Below, piece after piece: positions 1-9,964 of a stretch of DNA of 64,000 nucleotides. Each line of letters opens with the position of its first letter. The first letter of the stretch is position 1. The DNA comes from Candidatus Giovannonibacteria bacterium RIFOXYD1_FULL_48_21 (GTDB taxonomy: Bacteria; Patescibacteriota; Minisyncoccia; JACPKW01; UBA11713), in contig MFIU01000001.1 in assembly GCA_001778985.1 (NCBI GenBank), forward strand, positions 190,934 to 254,933, in the 5' to 3' direction. Position numbers and translations under genes: made by a program. The notes under the pieces were generated by a model. The model saw only the letters and a program-made list of their open reading frames with translations. It made no database searches and had not been told where the DNA came from.

Positions 1-1
1 C

Positions 2-553
2 CATATCCGCCTGGGCGTTCGCTCTTATGATATGTTTGACGAGCGAAGGTACGCCCTCACGGTTTTGCAAACGATTTTGGGCGGGAATTGGTCCTCGCGC
101 TTGTTCATGGAACTGCGGGAGAAGCTCGGACTCACTTATTACGTCAGGGCTTTTCAGGAGCAGTACACCGATACGGGCTATCTTATGGCCGCGGCTGGCG
201 TTCCCCACGAAAAACTGCCGGAAACGGCCCGAAAAATTGTGGAGATTTTGCGTTTGTTTCGGACGAAAGGCGTTTCGGAAAAGGAGATTAAATTTGCAAA
301 AGAGTACATCCGCGGCTCCATGGCGCTCGCCTTCGAATCCACGGATGAGGTGGCGACTTTCCTCGCTTCCCAGGAGCTTTTCTATAAAAAAATTCTCACC
401 CCTCCGGAGGTCTTGGCCAAGATTGAGCGGGTTCAAAGAGATGATATCATGAAGATAGCTCGCGACATTTTCCGGCCGGAGAAAGTCAATCTCGCGGCCA
501 TCGGTCCGCATGACAATATCCAGGCATATGAGAAAATTTTAGCTAAATTATAA
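2..553 (+). CDS. M16 (pitrilysin/insulinase) family zinc peptidase, C-terminal part; start lies upstream of the window
   Basis: Open frame from the window edge; the translation resembles the C-terminal inactive half-domain of M16 peptidases. Confidence 0.55.
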   Translation, partial: HIRLGVRSYDMFDERRYALTVLQTILGGNWSSRLFMELREKLGLTYYVRAFQEQYTDTGYLMAAAGVPHEKLPETARKIVEILRLFRTKGVSEKEIKFAKEYIRGSMALAFESTDEVATFLASQELFYKKILTPPEVLAKIERVQRDDIMKIARDIFRPEKVNLAAIGPHDNIQAYEKILAKL

Positions 554-558
554 GCATA

Positions 559-1596
559 ATGGACCAGCAAAAAATAACCATTGACATTTCGACCTCGACG
601 CTCCTACGCTTTTTACTGCTGGCCGTCTTGTTTTGGCTGTTTTATCAGCTGCGGGAAGTGATCGCCATTCTATTAGCCTCGGTGGTGATCGCTTCGGCGG
701 TAGAGCCAGCGGCCCATTGGTTTTCGAGCTATAAAATTCCACGCTTGTTGGGAGTGTTATTTGTATATTTGGTGGCTTTTGCCGTTCTGGGTTTGGTTTT
801 TTACCTGGTACTGCCGCCCCTGGTTTCGGATTTGGCCGGATTTCTTTCAGATTTGCCCAGCTACCTTGAAAAAAGTTTTGAGCCCACCAATATTTTGTTT
901 TTTCTGCCCCAGCTTCCGACCGGTTTTTCCGCGGTCTTGCGCGAGGCTGTCTTGAATCTGGAGCTTATTTCGCCGGGCACGGCCGCCGACTTATTCAGCA
1001 CCGCCGCCGCGATTTTCGGAGGCGCCCTTTCTTTTTTCTTGATTATCGTCATCTCCTTTTATCTTTCTGTGCAGGAGCATGGCATCGAGAATTTTTTGAG
1101 AATCGTGACGCCGCGCGAGTACGAAGGCTACATTTTGGATCTCTGGACGAGAAGCCGCCGGAAGATAGGCTGGTGGCTCCAGGGGCAATTTCTTTTGGGA
1201 ATTTTGGTCGGGGTCTTGGTGTTTTTGGGCCTCACGATTCTGGGAGTCAACTACGCGCTTCTGCTCGCGATTCTGACCGCGATTTTCGAGGTTATTCCGG
1301 TCTTCGGGCCGGTGATCGCCGCGATTCCCGCGGTCGGGATCGCTCTTTTGCAAAAGCCGATTTTAGGCTTGGCGGTTTTAATTCTTTACGTAATCGTCCA
1401 GCAGTTTGAAAACCATCTGATTTATCCTTTGGTGGTCAGCAAGACTATCGGCATCCCGCCGCTTCTGGTGATTTTGTCGCTCGTCATCGGCGGAACCCTC
1501 GCTGGTTTTTTCGGTCTCTTATTGGCGGTTCCAGTGGCCACGGTTTTGATGGAATTTATAAACGACCTCGCCCGCAAAAAAGAGATTCAGCTTTGA
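559..1596 (+). CDS. AI-2E family transporter (PerM/UPF0118-like permease)
   Basis: 345 aa, multi-TM; its conserved hydrophobic core is typical of AI-2E transporters. Confidence 0.7.
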   Translation: MDQQKITIDISTSTLLRFLLLAVLFWLFYQLREVIAILLASVVIASAVEPAAHWFSSYKIPRLLGVLFVYLVAFAVLGLVFYLVLPPLVSDLAGFLSDLPSYLEKSFEPTNILFFLPQLPTGFSAVLREAVLNLELISPGTAADLFSTAAAIFGGALSFFLIIVISFYLSVQEHGIENFLRIVTPREYEGYILDLWTRSRRKIGWWLQGQFLLGILVGVLVFLGLTILGVNYALLLAILTAIFEVIPVFGPVIAAIPAVGIALLQKPILGLAVLILYVIVQQFENHLIYPLVVSKTIGIPPLLVILSLVIGGTLAGFFGLLLAVPVATVLMEFINDLARKKEIQL

Positions 1597-1599
1597 GGG

Positions 1600-3132
1600 A
1601 TGTCAAAATTCTATATAACCACTCCCATCTATTATGTGAATGCCCCACCTCACCTGGGGCATGCTATTACGAGCGTTCTGGCTGACATCGTCGCCCGCTA
1701 CCATCGTCTTTCAGGAAAAGAGGTTTTTTTTCTGACCGGAACCGATGAGCACGGTGCTAAAATTTTACGCGCTTCCGAAAAGGCCGGGCGCGAAGTTTCA
1801 TCGTTCGTTGTCGAGATAAGAGAAAGTTTTAGAAATTTATCTCCAGCGCTCAATCTTTCCAACGATGATTTTATTTATACCCCCGACAAGAAACGCCACT
1901 GGCCCGGAGCCCAGAAGCTTTGGCAAAAACTTAAAGAAGCAGGTGATATCTATAAAGGAAAATATAAAGGACTTTACTGCGTAGGGCACGAAGCTTTTGT
2001 TACCGAGAAAGATTTGGTGGGCGGAAAATGCGCCGACCATGATGAAAAACCGCAATTGATTGAAGAGGAGAACTATTTTTTTAGACTTTCTAAATATACA
2101 GCCGAGATTAAGAGGCGAATCGAATCCAAGGAACTTTTAATCTTGCCAGAAAGCCGCCGAAACGAAGTTTTGGCTTTAATGGGAGAGGGGCTGAAAGATG
2201 TAAGTTTTTCCAGGCCTAGCCAGGATATTTCGTGGGGCATTCCGGTTCCGGGAGACGAAAGTCAGACCATGTATGTCTGGTGCGACGCGCTTTCTAACTA
2301 TATTTCAGCTCTTGGTTATGGAAGCGAAGACGAAACTAAATTTTTGAAATTCTGGCCGGCAGATATTCATTTCATTGGTAAAGATATCTTGCGTTTTCAT
2401 GCCGCCATCTGGCCCGGAATGCTGTTATCTGCCGGGCTTCTTTTACCGAGAGAACTGGTGGTCACGGGAATGATTCAGGTTGGCGGCCGCAAGATGTCCA
2501 AGACCTTGGGGAATGTGGCTGACCCTTTCGAGCTGGTGGAGCATTTCGGCGCCGACGCGGTTCGTTACTATTTATCGCGCGAGGTGCCGGTTTTCGACGA
2601 CGGCGATTTTACCCAAGAAAAATTTTCTCAAGCCTACGAAGGAAATCTCGTGAACGGACTCGGCAATTATGTGCAGAGAATTTCGACCATGGTTCGGAAT
2701 TATTTCGATTCGCGCTTAGAGAAGCCGGCCGAGGAAGAAATTTTGAAAGCGCCTCTGAAGAAGGGCGAAGTTGAGTATGTTTCCGTTCCGTATTTCATCG
2801 AGAAGATAGTTTTTCCTGAATACAAAAAAACTATGGATAATCTGGAGTTGAATCGGGCGAGCGACGCCGTCTTCGGACTTTTGAAAGAACTAGACGGCTA
2901 TGTCCAACATTACGAGCCCTTCCATCTGATCGAAACCGACAAAGAAAAAACCAGAGTAGTTCTATGGAACCTGGCTTATGGCGCGGTTTCGCTGGCCTGG
3001 TTTCTGGCTCCGTTTCTTCCCCAAACCTCCGATAAAATTTTTGATATTTTCGGGGTCGTCGGAAAGCCGCAGAGCGAGTGGAACACTTTTGTCGTGAAAG
3101 AGCATAAGGCGCTCTTTCCTCGCAAATTGTGA
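1600..3132 (+). CDS. metG: Methionyl-tRNA synthetase
   Basis: Class I HIGH-type motif (PHLGHA) and KMSKT motif; Met-tRNA synthetase-like N-terminus. Confidence 0.92.
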   Translation: MSKFYITTPIYYVNAPPHLGHAITSVLADIVARYHRLSGKEVFFLTGTDEHGAKILRASEKAGREVSSFVVEIRESFRNLSPALNLSNDDFIYTPDKKRHWPGAQKLWQKLKEAGDIYKGKYKGLYCVGHEAFVTEKDLVGGKCADHDEKPQLIEEENYFFRLSKYTAEIKRRIESKELLILPESRRNEVLALMGEGLKDVSFSRPSQDISWGIPVPGDESQTMYVWCDALSNYISALGYGSEDETKFLKFWPADIHFIGKDILRFHAAIWPGMLLSAGLLLPRELVVTGMIQVGGRKMSKTLGNVADPFELVEHFGADAVRYYLSREVPVFDDGDFTQEKFSQAYEGNLVNGLGNYVQRISTMVRNYFDSRLEKPAEEEILKAPLKKGEVEYVSVPYFIEKIVFPEYKKTMDNLELNRASDAVFGLLKELDGYVQHYEPFHLIETDKEKTRVVLWNLAYGAVSLAWFLAPFLPQTSDKIFDIFGVVGKPQSEWNTFVVKEHKALFPRKL

Positions 3133-3953
3133 AATTGTTCGATGTTCATACCCATGTCCAGTTCGCGGCTTTTAAGGATGATTGGCACGAGGTTATAAAG
3201 CGCGCGCTCGACGATAAGGTCTGGCTGATTAACGTCGGAACGCAGAAAAACACGTCGGCCGAGGCAATCGAAATTTCGAAACATTACTCCGAGGGAATAT
3301 ATGCCACGGTAGGGCTCCACCCCATTCATACCGAAAAATCATATCATGACAAACAAGAGCTCGGCGGCACTGGAGGTTTCGAAAGCCGCCGAGAGGATTT
3401 CGATTATGAATACTATAAAAAACTCGCTCAACATCCTAACGTTGTTGCCGTCGGCGAGTGCGGGTTGGATTATTATCGCTTCGGCGAAGAAACGAAAAAG
3501 AAACAGAGAGGAGCTTTTGAAAAACAAATTCAGCTTGCCGAAGAGATTGGAAAGCCGCTCATGATTCACTGCCGCAACGCATTTGATGACTTGGTTTCAA
3601 TTCTTGAATCCAAAATCTTGAATCTTGAATCTCCTGGCGTGGTCCATTTTTTCTCCGGCACGAAAGAAGACGCCAAAAAATTGATGGACTTGGGATTTTC
3701 TTTCTCTTTCGGCGGGGTTTTGACTTTTACGCATGACTACGACGAAGTGGTTCGATATACGGCACTCGATAGAATTTTGCTTGAAACTGACGCGCCTTAC
3801 GTCGCGCCGGTGCCGTATCGCGGCAAACGCAACGAGCCGAGCTATATCGTTGAAGTCGCCAAAAAAATCGCCGAGCTGAAAAAGATAAATTTAGAAGAAG
3901 TTGCCCGAATTACTTTTCAAAACGCCGAAAGGATTTTCTTGAAAAAAAGCTAG
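3129..3953 (+). CDS. tatD: TatD family metal-dependent DNase/hydrolase
   Basis: HTH..H N-terminal motif (DVHTHV) and conserved TatD core; GTG start overlaps the metG stop (GTGA). Confidence 0.8.
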   Translation: MKLFDVHTHVQFAAFKDDWHEVIKRALDDKVWLINVGTQKNTSAEAIEISKHYSEGIYATVGLHPIHTEKSYHDKQELGGTGGFESRREDFDYEYYKKLAQHPNVVAVGECGLDYYRFGEETKKKQRGAFEKQIQLAEEIGKPLMIHCRNAFDDLVSILESKILNLESPGVVHFFSGTKEDAKKLMDLGFSFSFGGVLTFTHDYDEVVRYTALDRILLETDAPYVAPVPYRGKRNEPSYIVEVAKKIAELKKINLEEVARITFQNAERIFLKKS

Positions 3954-3973
3954 GAAAATCGTAAAATTTTGGA

Positions 3974-6715
3974 ATGGCGGGTTTTTCGAGAATTGAGAAA
4001 AAATGGAACGCTCTCTGGAGAAAGACCGGGGTTTTTGAGCCAGAGTTAGGGCGTGCGAAAAAGCCCTTTTATAACTTGATGATGTTTCCGTACCCTTCGG
4101 CCGAGGGGCTCCATGTCGGGAATATGTACGCTTTTGTGGGCTCGGATATTTATGGGCGCTTTCAGCGGATGCGTGGCAATGACGTTTTTGAGCCGATTGG
4201 CTTGGACGGCTTTGGGATTCATTCTGAAAACTATGCTTTGAAAGTAAAAAGGCATCCCGCCAAGCAGGCGAAAATTTCCGAGAAAAATTTTTACCGCCAA
4301 CTCGGGATGATTGGTAACGGCTTTGCCTGGAAGGAGAAACTCGAAACCTATGACCCCGAATACTACAAATGGACCCAGTGGATTTTTGTCCAGATGTTTA
4401 AAAAGGGATTAGCGTATCGCAAGAAACAGGCGGTCAACTGGTGTCCTGACTGCAAAACCGTTTTGGCGGATGAACAAGTCGTTTCGGGAGAGTGCGAACG
4501 TTGCGAATCGAAGGTAATTAAAAAAGAACTCGAGCAGTGGTTTTTCAGAATCACGAATTACGCCGAGCGGCTTTTGAAGGATTTGGAAAAAATCGACTGG
4601 TCGGAAAAGGTGAAAATCGCCCAGAGAAATTGGATTGGACGCTCGGAAGGAGTGGAAATAGAATTCAAAATTCAAAATTCAAATCTCAAAATTAAGGTAT
4701 TTACTACTCGACCGGATACGCTTTTTGGTGCGACTTATATGGTTCTGTCGCCGGAGCACGAGCTGATAGGAAAGCTGGAATCAAGAATTAAAAATTACCA
4801 AGAAGTCAAAAAATATATTCAAAAAGCGAGAACACCTGCGGAGGACAAAGAAAAAACTGGAGTGGAGTTGAAAGGAATTAAAGCTGTAAATCCGGCAAAC
4901 AAAGAGGAAATCCCAATCTGGGTCGCTGATTATGTTTTGGGCGGCGTGGGCACCGGCGCCATTATGGCCGTTCCGGCGCACGATGAGCGCGATTTTGAGT
5001 TCGCGAAGAAGTTCAAACTACCGATTAAACCAGTGATTCGGCGGGCAGATATACCCATACGCAGCGTTCTTATGGGATTTGATAATATTCACAGCGAAGA
5101 GTTGGTCTCTTTGGGGATTAAGGAAGTTTGGCCGGCGGACAAAAATCATAAGTATATTGAGATTCCAGAAAATTCTTTGCCTGCCTTTGAGAAATTAATT
5201 CGAGAGAAAATGACGCCAGGATTTTGGAATGAATATATTACCCATCAACGTGTAATTTTTATTTTCAAGGATAAAAACGGCCTGGTGGAACGTTTGGAAC
5301 TAACACCAGGAACTGACAATAAAATTAATCGCCTCTCCGCTATTTATAATAATGAGCCGGAGCCCAAAGGGAGCGTTTGGAATTGGCTACCAGATGTACC
5401 TTTTTATAAAGAGCTTTTTATTCACACTGAACGAGGTATATTAATTAACTCTGCTAAATTTAGCGGCATGGATTCCGAGGAAGCGAAATGGGAAATCACG
5501 AAATTTGTAGGCGGCGAGAGAAAAGTTCAATATCGCCTGCGGGACTGGCTGATTTCGAGGCAGAGATATTGGGGCCCGCCGATTCCGATGATTTTTTGCG
5601 AAAAATGTAATTGGCAGCCGGTGCCGGAGCAAGATTTGCCGGTGAAGCTTCCTTATTTAAAGGACTGGCGGCCGAAGGGGACAGGTGTTTCGCCTTTGGC
5701 GTCAGAGTCCAAGTTTTACAAGGTTAAGTGCCCAAAATGTAATGGCGAAGCTCGGAGGGAAACCGATGTTTCCGATACTTTTTTGGACTCGGCGTGGTAT
5801 TTTTTCAGATATCTTGACGTGAAAAATAAAAAAGAGATTTTTTCAAAAGCGCTTGCAAGGAAGTGGCTTCCGGTGGATATGTACATCGGCGGGGCAGAGC
5901 ACGCGGTTTTGCATCTTTTGTATGTGCGGTTTATCACCAAAGTTTTTGCGGATTTGGGTTTAGTTGGTTTTCGCGAGCCTTCCAAGAAATTCCGCGCGCA
6001 CGGGCTTTTGATCAAAGATGGGGCGAAGATGTCAAAGTCCCGCGGCAATGTGGTGAGTCCCGATACTTACATTAAAAAATTCGGCGCGGATGCTTTACGG
6101 ATGTATTTGATGTTTTTGGGGCCCTTTGACCAGGGTGGGGATTTTCGCGATTCCGGTATACTCGGGATAACTCGATTTTTGGCGCGCGTGCAAAAATTTG
6201 AGAAAAAACTTGCGAGTACTTCCAAAGAAGGGCTGGCCGAGAATTCCGAACGGATAGTGCACCAAAGCATTAAAAAAATAACCGAAGATATCGAAAGTCT
6301 TCGCTATAATACCGCGGTTTCACAGCTGATGATTCTTTCGAATAAGCTGGAAGAACTTCCCAAAGTGCCTTGGGCGGCTTGGGAAGTTTTTCTGAAACTT
6401 CTCGCGCCCTTCGCGCCTTATATTTCAGAAGAGCTTTATCAGAAATTCGGCAAGAATAAGAGTTTTCGCAAACAAAATTCGGTTCATCTTCAATCTTGGC
6501 CGAAATATAACGCGAAGAAAATAAAGGAAGATGTATTTTTACTAGTGGTGCAGGTTAACGGCAAGGTCCGCGCGACGATTCAGGCGCCGGTCGGAATTTC
6601 GGAGAAGGACGCGGAACGGATTGCGCTTGCGAACGAAAACGTGAAAAAATATTTGTTGCCCGGTCTGCGTAAAACCATTTTTGTTCCGGATAAATTGATA
6701 AATTTTGTAGTATGA
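3974..6715 (+). CDS. leuS: Leucyl-tRNA synthetase
   Basis: HVGN (HIGH) motif, KMSKS motif, editing-domain regions; 913 aa. Confidence 0.93.
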   Translation: MAGFSRIEKKWNALWRKTGVFEPELGRAKKPFYNLMMFPYPSAEGLHVGNMYAFVGSDIYGRFQRMRGNDVFEPIGLDGFGIHSENYALKVKRHPAKQAKISEKNFYRQLGMIGNGFAWKEKLETYDPEYYKWTQWIFVQMFKKGLAYRKKQAVNWCPDCKTVLADEQVVSGECERCESKVIKKELEQWFFRITNYAERLLKDLEKIDWSEKVKIAQRNWIGRSEGVEIEFKIQNSNLKIKVFTTRPDTLFGATYMVLSPEHELIGKLESRIKNYQEVKKYIQKARTPAEDKEKTGVELKGIKAVNPANKEEIPIWVADYVLGGVGTGAIMAVPAHDERDFEFAKKFKLPIKPVIRRADIPIRSVLMGFDNIHSEELVSLGIKEVWPADKNHKYIEIPENSLPAFEKLIREKMTPGFWNEYITHQRVIFIFKDKNGLVERLELTPGTDNKINRLSAIYNNEPEPKGSVWNWLPDVPFYKELFIHTERGILINSAKFSGMDSEEAKWEITKFVGGERKVQYRLRDWLISRQRYWGPPIPMIFCEKCNWQPVPEQDLPVKLPYLKDWRPKGTGVSPLASESKFYKVKCPKCNGEARRETDVSDTFLDSAWYFFRYLDVKNKKEIFSKALARKWLPVDMYIGGAEHAVLHLLYVRFITKVFADLGLVGFREPSKKFRAHGLLIKDGAKMSKSRGNVVSPDTYIKKFGADALRMYLMFLGPFDQGGDFRDSGILGITRFLARVQKFEKKLASTSKEGLAENSERIVHQSIKKITEDIESLRYNTAVSQLMILSNKLEELPKVPWAAWEVFLKLLAPFAPYISEELYQKFGKNKSFRKQNSVHLQSWPKYNAKKIKEDVFLLVVQVNGKVRATIQAPVGISEKDAERIALANENVKKYLLPGLRKTIFVPDKLINFVV

Positions 6716-6784
6716 ATCCCGTTAGAAATTCAGCGGGGATCATTAGTCGCGGTGAATGTTTATTGGTTAAATTTCTAACGGGAT
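6716..6784. repeat. Perfect 15-bp inverted repeat (ATCCCGTTAGAAATT ... AATTTCTAACGGGAT) with a 39-nt spacer; lies between the leuS stop and the next start codon
   Basis: Read directly from the sequence; the right arm ends in the AT of the ATG at 6783. Confidence 0.8.
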
Positions 6785-7475
6785 GAAAGCCATAATTCCC
6801 TGTGCCGGGGAGGGGGTACGGATGCGCCCGCTTACTTTGGAAAAGCCCAAACAGCTTTTGGAAATCGCCGGCAGGCCGATTTTAGTTCGTATTTTTGAAA
6901 ATCTTCCCGATGAAATTGGCGAGGTGGTTTTAGTCGTTGGATATATGGGCGATAAAATCCGGGATTATTTTGGAGACAAATTCCTAGGAAGAAAAATTCG
7001 CTACGTGGAGCAAAAAGAAAAACTCGGAACGGCTGACGCGCTTTGGAGCTGCCGCGATATTTTGGGCGAGGAGCGCTTTTTGATGCTCTACGGCGACGAT
7101 ATTTTGGATAAAGAAAGCATTGAGAGATGTTTGACTCACGACTTGGCGCTCTTGGTTAAAGAAGTTGGTGACCCTCGGAGGTTCGGCGTGGTGGTGGCGG
7201 ATGAAAGAGGCAGAGTGATTGATATTGTAGAAAAGCCGGAAGTCCCTCTTTCCAGTTTGGCTTCCACGGGAGTTAAAGTACTGGACGGCAGGATTTTTGA
7301 CTATCCCGCGCGCCAGCACCCGAATGGCGAGTATTATATAACTGATTCCTTGGCACAACTCATAAAAAACCATGATATTTTTGTGGAGCATGCCAAGTTT
7401 TGGTTTTCCATCGCCACCCCGGAGGATTTAAAAAAAGTTAATGAAAGTTTTAAAATTTTCAGCGAAAAATATTGA
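6783..7475 (+). CDS. Sugar-phosphate nucleotidyltransferase (NTP_transferase domain)
   Basis: N-terminal GxGxR-like motif (PCAGEGVRMRPLT) typical of sugar-1-phosphate nucleotidyltransferases. Confidence 0.7.
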   Translation: MKAIIPCAGEGVRMRPLTLEKPKQLLEIAGRPILVRIFENLPDEIGEVVLVVGYMGDKIRDYFGDKFLGRKIRYVEQKEKLGTADALWSCRDILGEERFLMLYGDDILDKESIERCLTHDLALLVKEVGDPRRFGVVVADERGRVIDIVEKPEVPLSSLASTGVKVLDGRIFDYPARQHPNGEYYITDSLAQLIKNHDIFVEHAKFWFSIATPEDLKKVNESFKIFSEKY

Positions 7476-7941
7476 AGAGGCTGTCCGAGTTTTGAAAAAA
7501 GGCGGCGTGGTTGAGATTCCGACAGACACGGTAGATGGTTTGGTTTGCGATTACTACAACAAAGCCGCCGAGGAAGAGATATTCCGGCTTAAGAAGCGCC
7601 CGAGAGAAAAAATTCTTTCGATTTTTGTGAGTTCGATTGATGAGGTTAAAAAAATTGTTCCGGTGAGCGAGAATCAGGAAAAATTTTTAAGAAAGATCTG
7701 GCCAGGTAAGGTTACGGCAGTTCTTAAAAAAGATGTCGGCGGGTTTAGGATTCCAAATGATGAATTTGTCCTCGAGGTTTTGAAAAAATTCGGCGGGCCT
7801 TTATTGCAGACCTCGGCCAATATTTCAGGCGAACCGCCTGCCGGAGGAACGCCGTCAACCGTCGTGGATTTGACTAAGTGGCCATTCAAAATCCTCCGCC
7901 AAGGCGCAGTTTCAGAAAAGGAATTAAATGAGCTATATTGA
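7441..7941 (+). CDS. tsaC: L-threonylcarbamoyladenylate synthase (YrdC/TsaC family)
   Basis: YrdC-domain-like sequence (GGVVEIPTDTVDGLVCD ... LLQTSANISGEP). Confidence 0.65.
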   Translation: MKVLKFSAKNIEEAVRVLKKGGVVEIPTDTVDGLVCDYYNKAAEEEIFRLKKRPREKILSIFVSSIDEVKKIVPVSENQEKFLRKIWPGKVTAVLKKDVGGFRIPNDEFVLEVLKKFGGPLLQTSANISGEPPAGGTPSTVVDLTKWPFKILRQGAVSEKELNELY

Positions 7942-9119
7942 GTGATATGAAAGACCGGGAAATAGAAAAATTAATTAAAGCGGAAGAGAAACGCCAGAAG
8001 CGGGTGATTAATTTAATTCCCTCGGAAAATTATGTTTCTCAAGACGTGCTTCGGGCGCTGGGCTCGGTGCTGAATAATAAATATTCCGAAGGGTATCCCG
8101 GGAAGCGTTATTACGGCGGAAATGTCATTATCGACAAAGTAGAAAACCTTTGCCGCAAGCGAGCTCTTAAACTTTTCAAATTAAAACCGGAGGAATGGCA
8201 CGTAAACGTGCAGCCGCTTTCGGGGAGCCCGGCGAATCTCGCGGTCTACGCGGCCTTGGTGCCGCTGGGCGGAAAAATCATGGGCTTGACGCTCTCCTCG
8301 GGCGGGCATCTTACCCACGGACAGAAAGGTTCTGTAACCGGAAAAATTTGGACGCAGGTGCCCTACGCGGTTGACCCCAAAACAGAGACGCTTGATTACG
8401 ATGCTCTCCAGAAACTCGCGATACAAGAAAAACCAAATATAGTCGTGGCTGGCTATACGGCTTACCCGCGATTTGTTGATTGGAAAAAATTCAAAGAGAT
8501 AGCAAATGCTTCCGGCGCCATACTTATGGTCGACATGTCTCATATGGCGGGGCTCATTGCCGGCGGAGTATATCCGAGTCCGTTTCCGTACGCGGATGTG
8601 GTGACTACCACAACGCATAAAACTCTCCGCGGCCCGCGCGCCGCGATTATTTTTGCGAAAAAGGACGCGCGAGAATTTGATAAAAAAATCGACAAAGCGA
8701 TTATCCCCGGGCTCCAGGGTGGGCCGCATGAAAACCAAATCGCGGCGGTCGCGGTTTGTCTCAAGGAAGCCATGAATCCCGCGTTTAAAAAGTATGTTAA
8801 GCAAATTATAAAAAACGCGAAAGTATTGGCACTGAGCTTGTCGAAGTGTGGCTGGCGGGTTATTTCGGGGGGCACGGATTCGCATCTGCTTCTGGTAGAC
8901 ACCTGGATGGACGGCAAGGGAATTTCAGGCAAGGATGCCGAAGCCGCTCTTGAAAAAGCCGATATTATCGTAAATAAAAATACGATTCCCGGAGACCAGC
9001 GAAGCCCGCTTGACCCATCCGGCATTCGCCTCGGCACCCCGGCCGTGACCACGCAAGGAATGAAAGAACGCGACATGAAAAAAATCGCCGAAAGAATTCA
9101 TAAGATTTTGTCGCGATGA
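7938..9119 (+). CDS. glyA: Serine hydroxymethyltransferase
   Basis: LIPSENYVS, YSEGYPGKRYYGG, and the PLP-Lys region (TTTTHKTLRGPR). Confidence 0.95.
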   Translation: MSDMKDREIEKLIKAEEKRQKRVINLIPSENYVSQDVLRALGSVLNNKYSEGYPGKRYYGGNVIIDKVENLCRKRALKLFKLKPEEWHVNVQPLSGSPANLAVYAALVPLGGKIMGLTLSSGGHLTHGQKGSVTGKIWTQVPYAVDPKTETLDYDALQKLAIQEKPNIVVAGYTAYPRFVDWKKFKEIANASGAILMVDMSHMAGLIAGGVYPSPFPYADVVTTTTHKTLRGPRAAIIFAKKDAREFDKKIDKAIIPGLQGGPHENQIAAVAVCLKEAMNPAFKKYVKQIIKNAKVLALSLSKCGWRVISGGTDSHLLLVDTWMDGKGISGKDAEAALEKADIIVNKNTIPGDQRSPLDPSGIRLGTPAVTTQGMKERDMKKIAERIHKILSR

Positions 9120-9964
9120 TTGTTGACGGCAAAGCGCTTGCGGAGAAAATAAAAGCCGAATTGAAAGCGGATGTTTCGAAGCTAAACAAAAAAATTCGAC
9201 TGGCGGTGGTTAAAATCAGCTCGGATGCCGCGACTGAAAAATTTTTGGAGCAGAAAAGGAAATTCGCAGAGGCGATTGGAGTGGATGTCAGAATTTATGA
9301 AATACATCCGGATATCTCCACGAATAAACTCCGCGAGAAAGTTTCAGAGATTGTGCATATCAAAGAAAACAACGGGGTCATAGTTCAGCTTCCTTTGCCG
9401 CCGCAGATAAACACGCAATATATTCTGGACGCGATAGTTCCGGAAAAAGACCCGGACATGCTTTCTTCTAAAAGCTGGGGAGCGTTTGCGGCCGGATCCG
9501 CCCGCCGGCGGACAAAGATTCTGCCGCCGGTTGCGGGAGCGGTTAAAGCCGTATTTGATGAGCATAAAGTCGAGATTCGCGATAGAAACGCAGTAGTGAT
9601 AGGCGCCGGCCGCCTGGTGGGCAAGCCCCTCGCGACCTGGCTTTTGAACGCCGGGGCCACGGTTTCCGTGATTCACAGGGGCACCAAGAATCCGGAAGAA
9701 TATACTCGAAAAGCCGATATTATTATTTCCGGAGTTGGAAAACCGAAATTGATAACTCCTGTGATGGTGAAAGACGGGGTGGTGGCGATTGATTGCGGCA
9801 CTTCGGAGTCCCCGCCTGGGGCGGGGCAGGCCTCCAGGCAGGTGGTCGGAGATATTGACCCTGGAGTTTCAGAGAAAGCTTCTCTTTTCGCGCCGGTTCC
9901 GGGCGGGGTCGGCCCGGTTACGGTCGCGATGCTGTTTAAAAATCTAGTTGAGCTGTCAAAATGA
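9116..9964 (+). CDS. folD: Bifunctional methylene-THF dehydrogenase / methenyl-THF cyclohydrolase
   Basis: Typical FolD N-terminus (IDGKALAEKIK) and dinucleotide-binding region. Confidence 0.9.
   Translation: MIVDGKALAEKIKAELKADVSKLNKKIRLAVVKISSDAATEKFLEQKRKFAEAIGVDVRIYEIHPDISTNKLREKVSEIVHIKENNGVIVQLPLPPQINTQYILDAIVPEKDPDMLSSKSWGAFAAGSARRRTKILPPVAGAVKAVFDEHKVEIRDRNAVVIGAGRLVGKPLATWLLNAGATVSVIHRGTKNPEEYTRKADIIISGVGKPKLITPVMVKDGVVAIDCGTSESPPGAGQASRQVVGDIDPGVSEKASLFAPVPGGVGPVTVAMLFKNLVELSK

Noticed and set aside
8181-9076. Long antisense ORFs inside glyA (8181-8885, 8540-9076 minus)
   Set aside because: They overlap a strongly supported SHMT gene on the opposite strand, have no motifs, and Arg/Pro-rich composition typical of GC-rich antisense frames; treated as spurious. 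The same judgement applies to 31791-32456 (antisense to pilM), 34677-35385 (antisense to pilB) and 36742-37224 (antisense to pilT).
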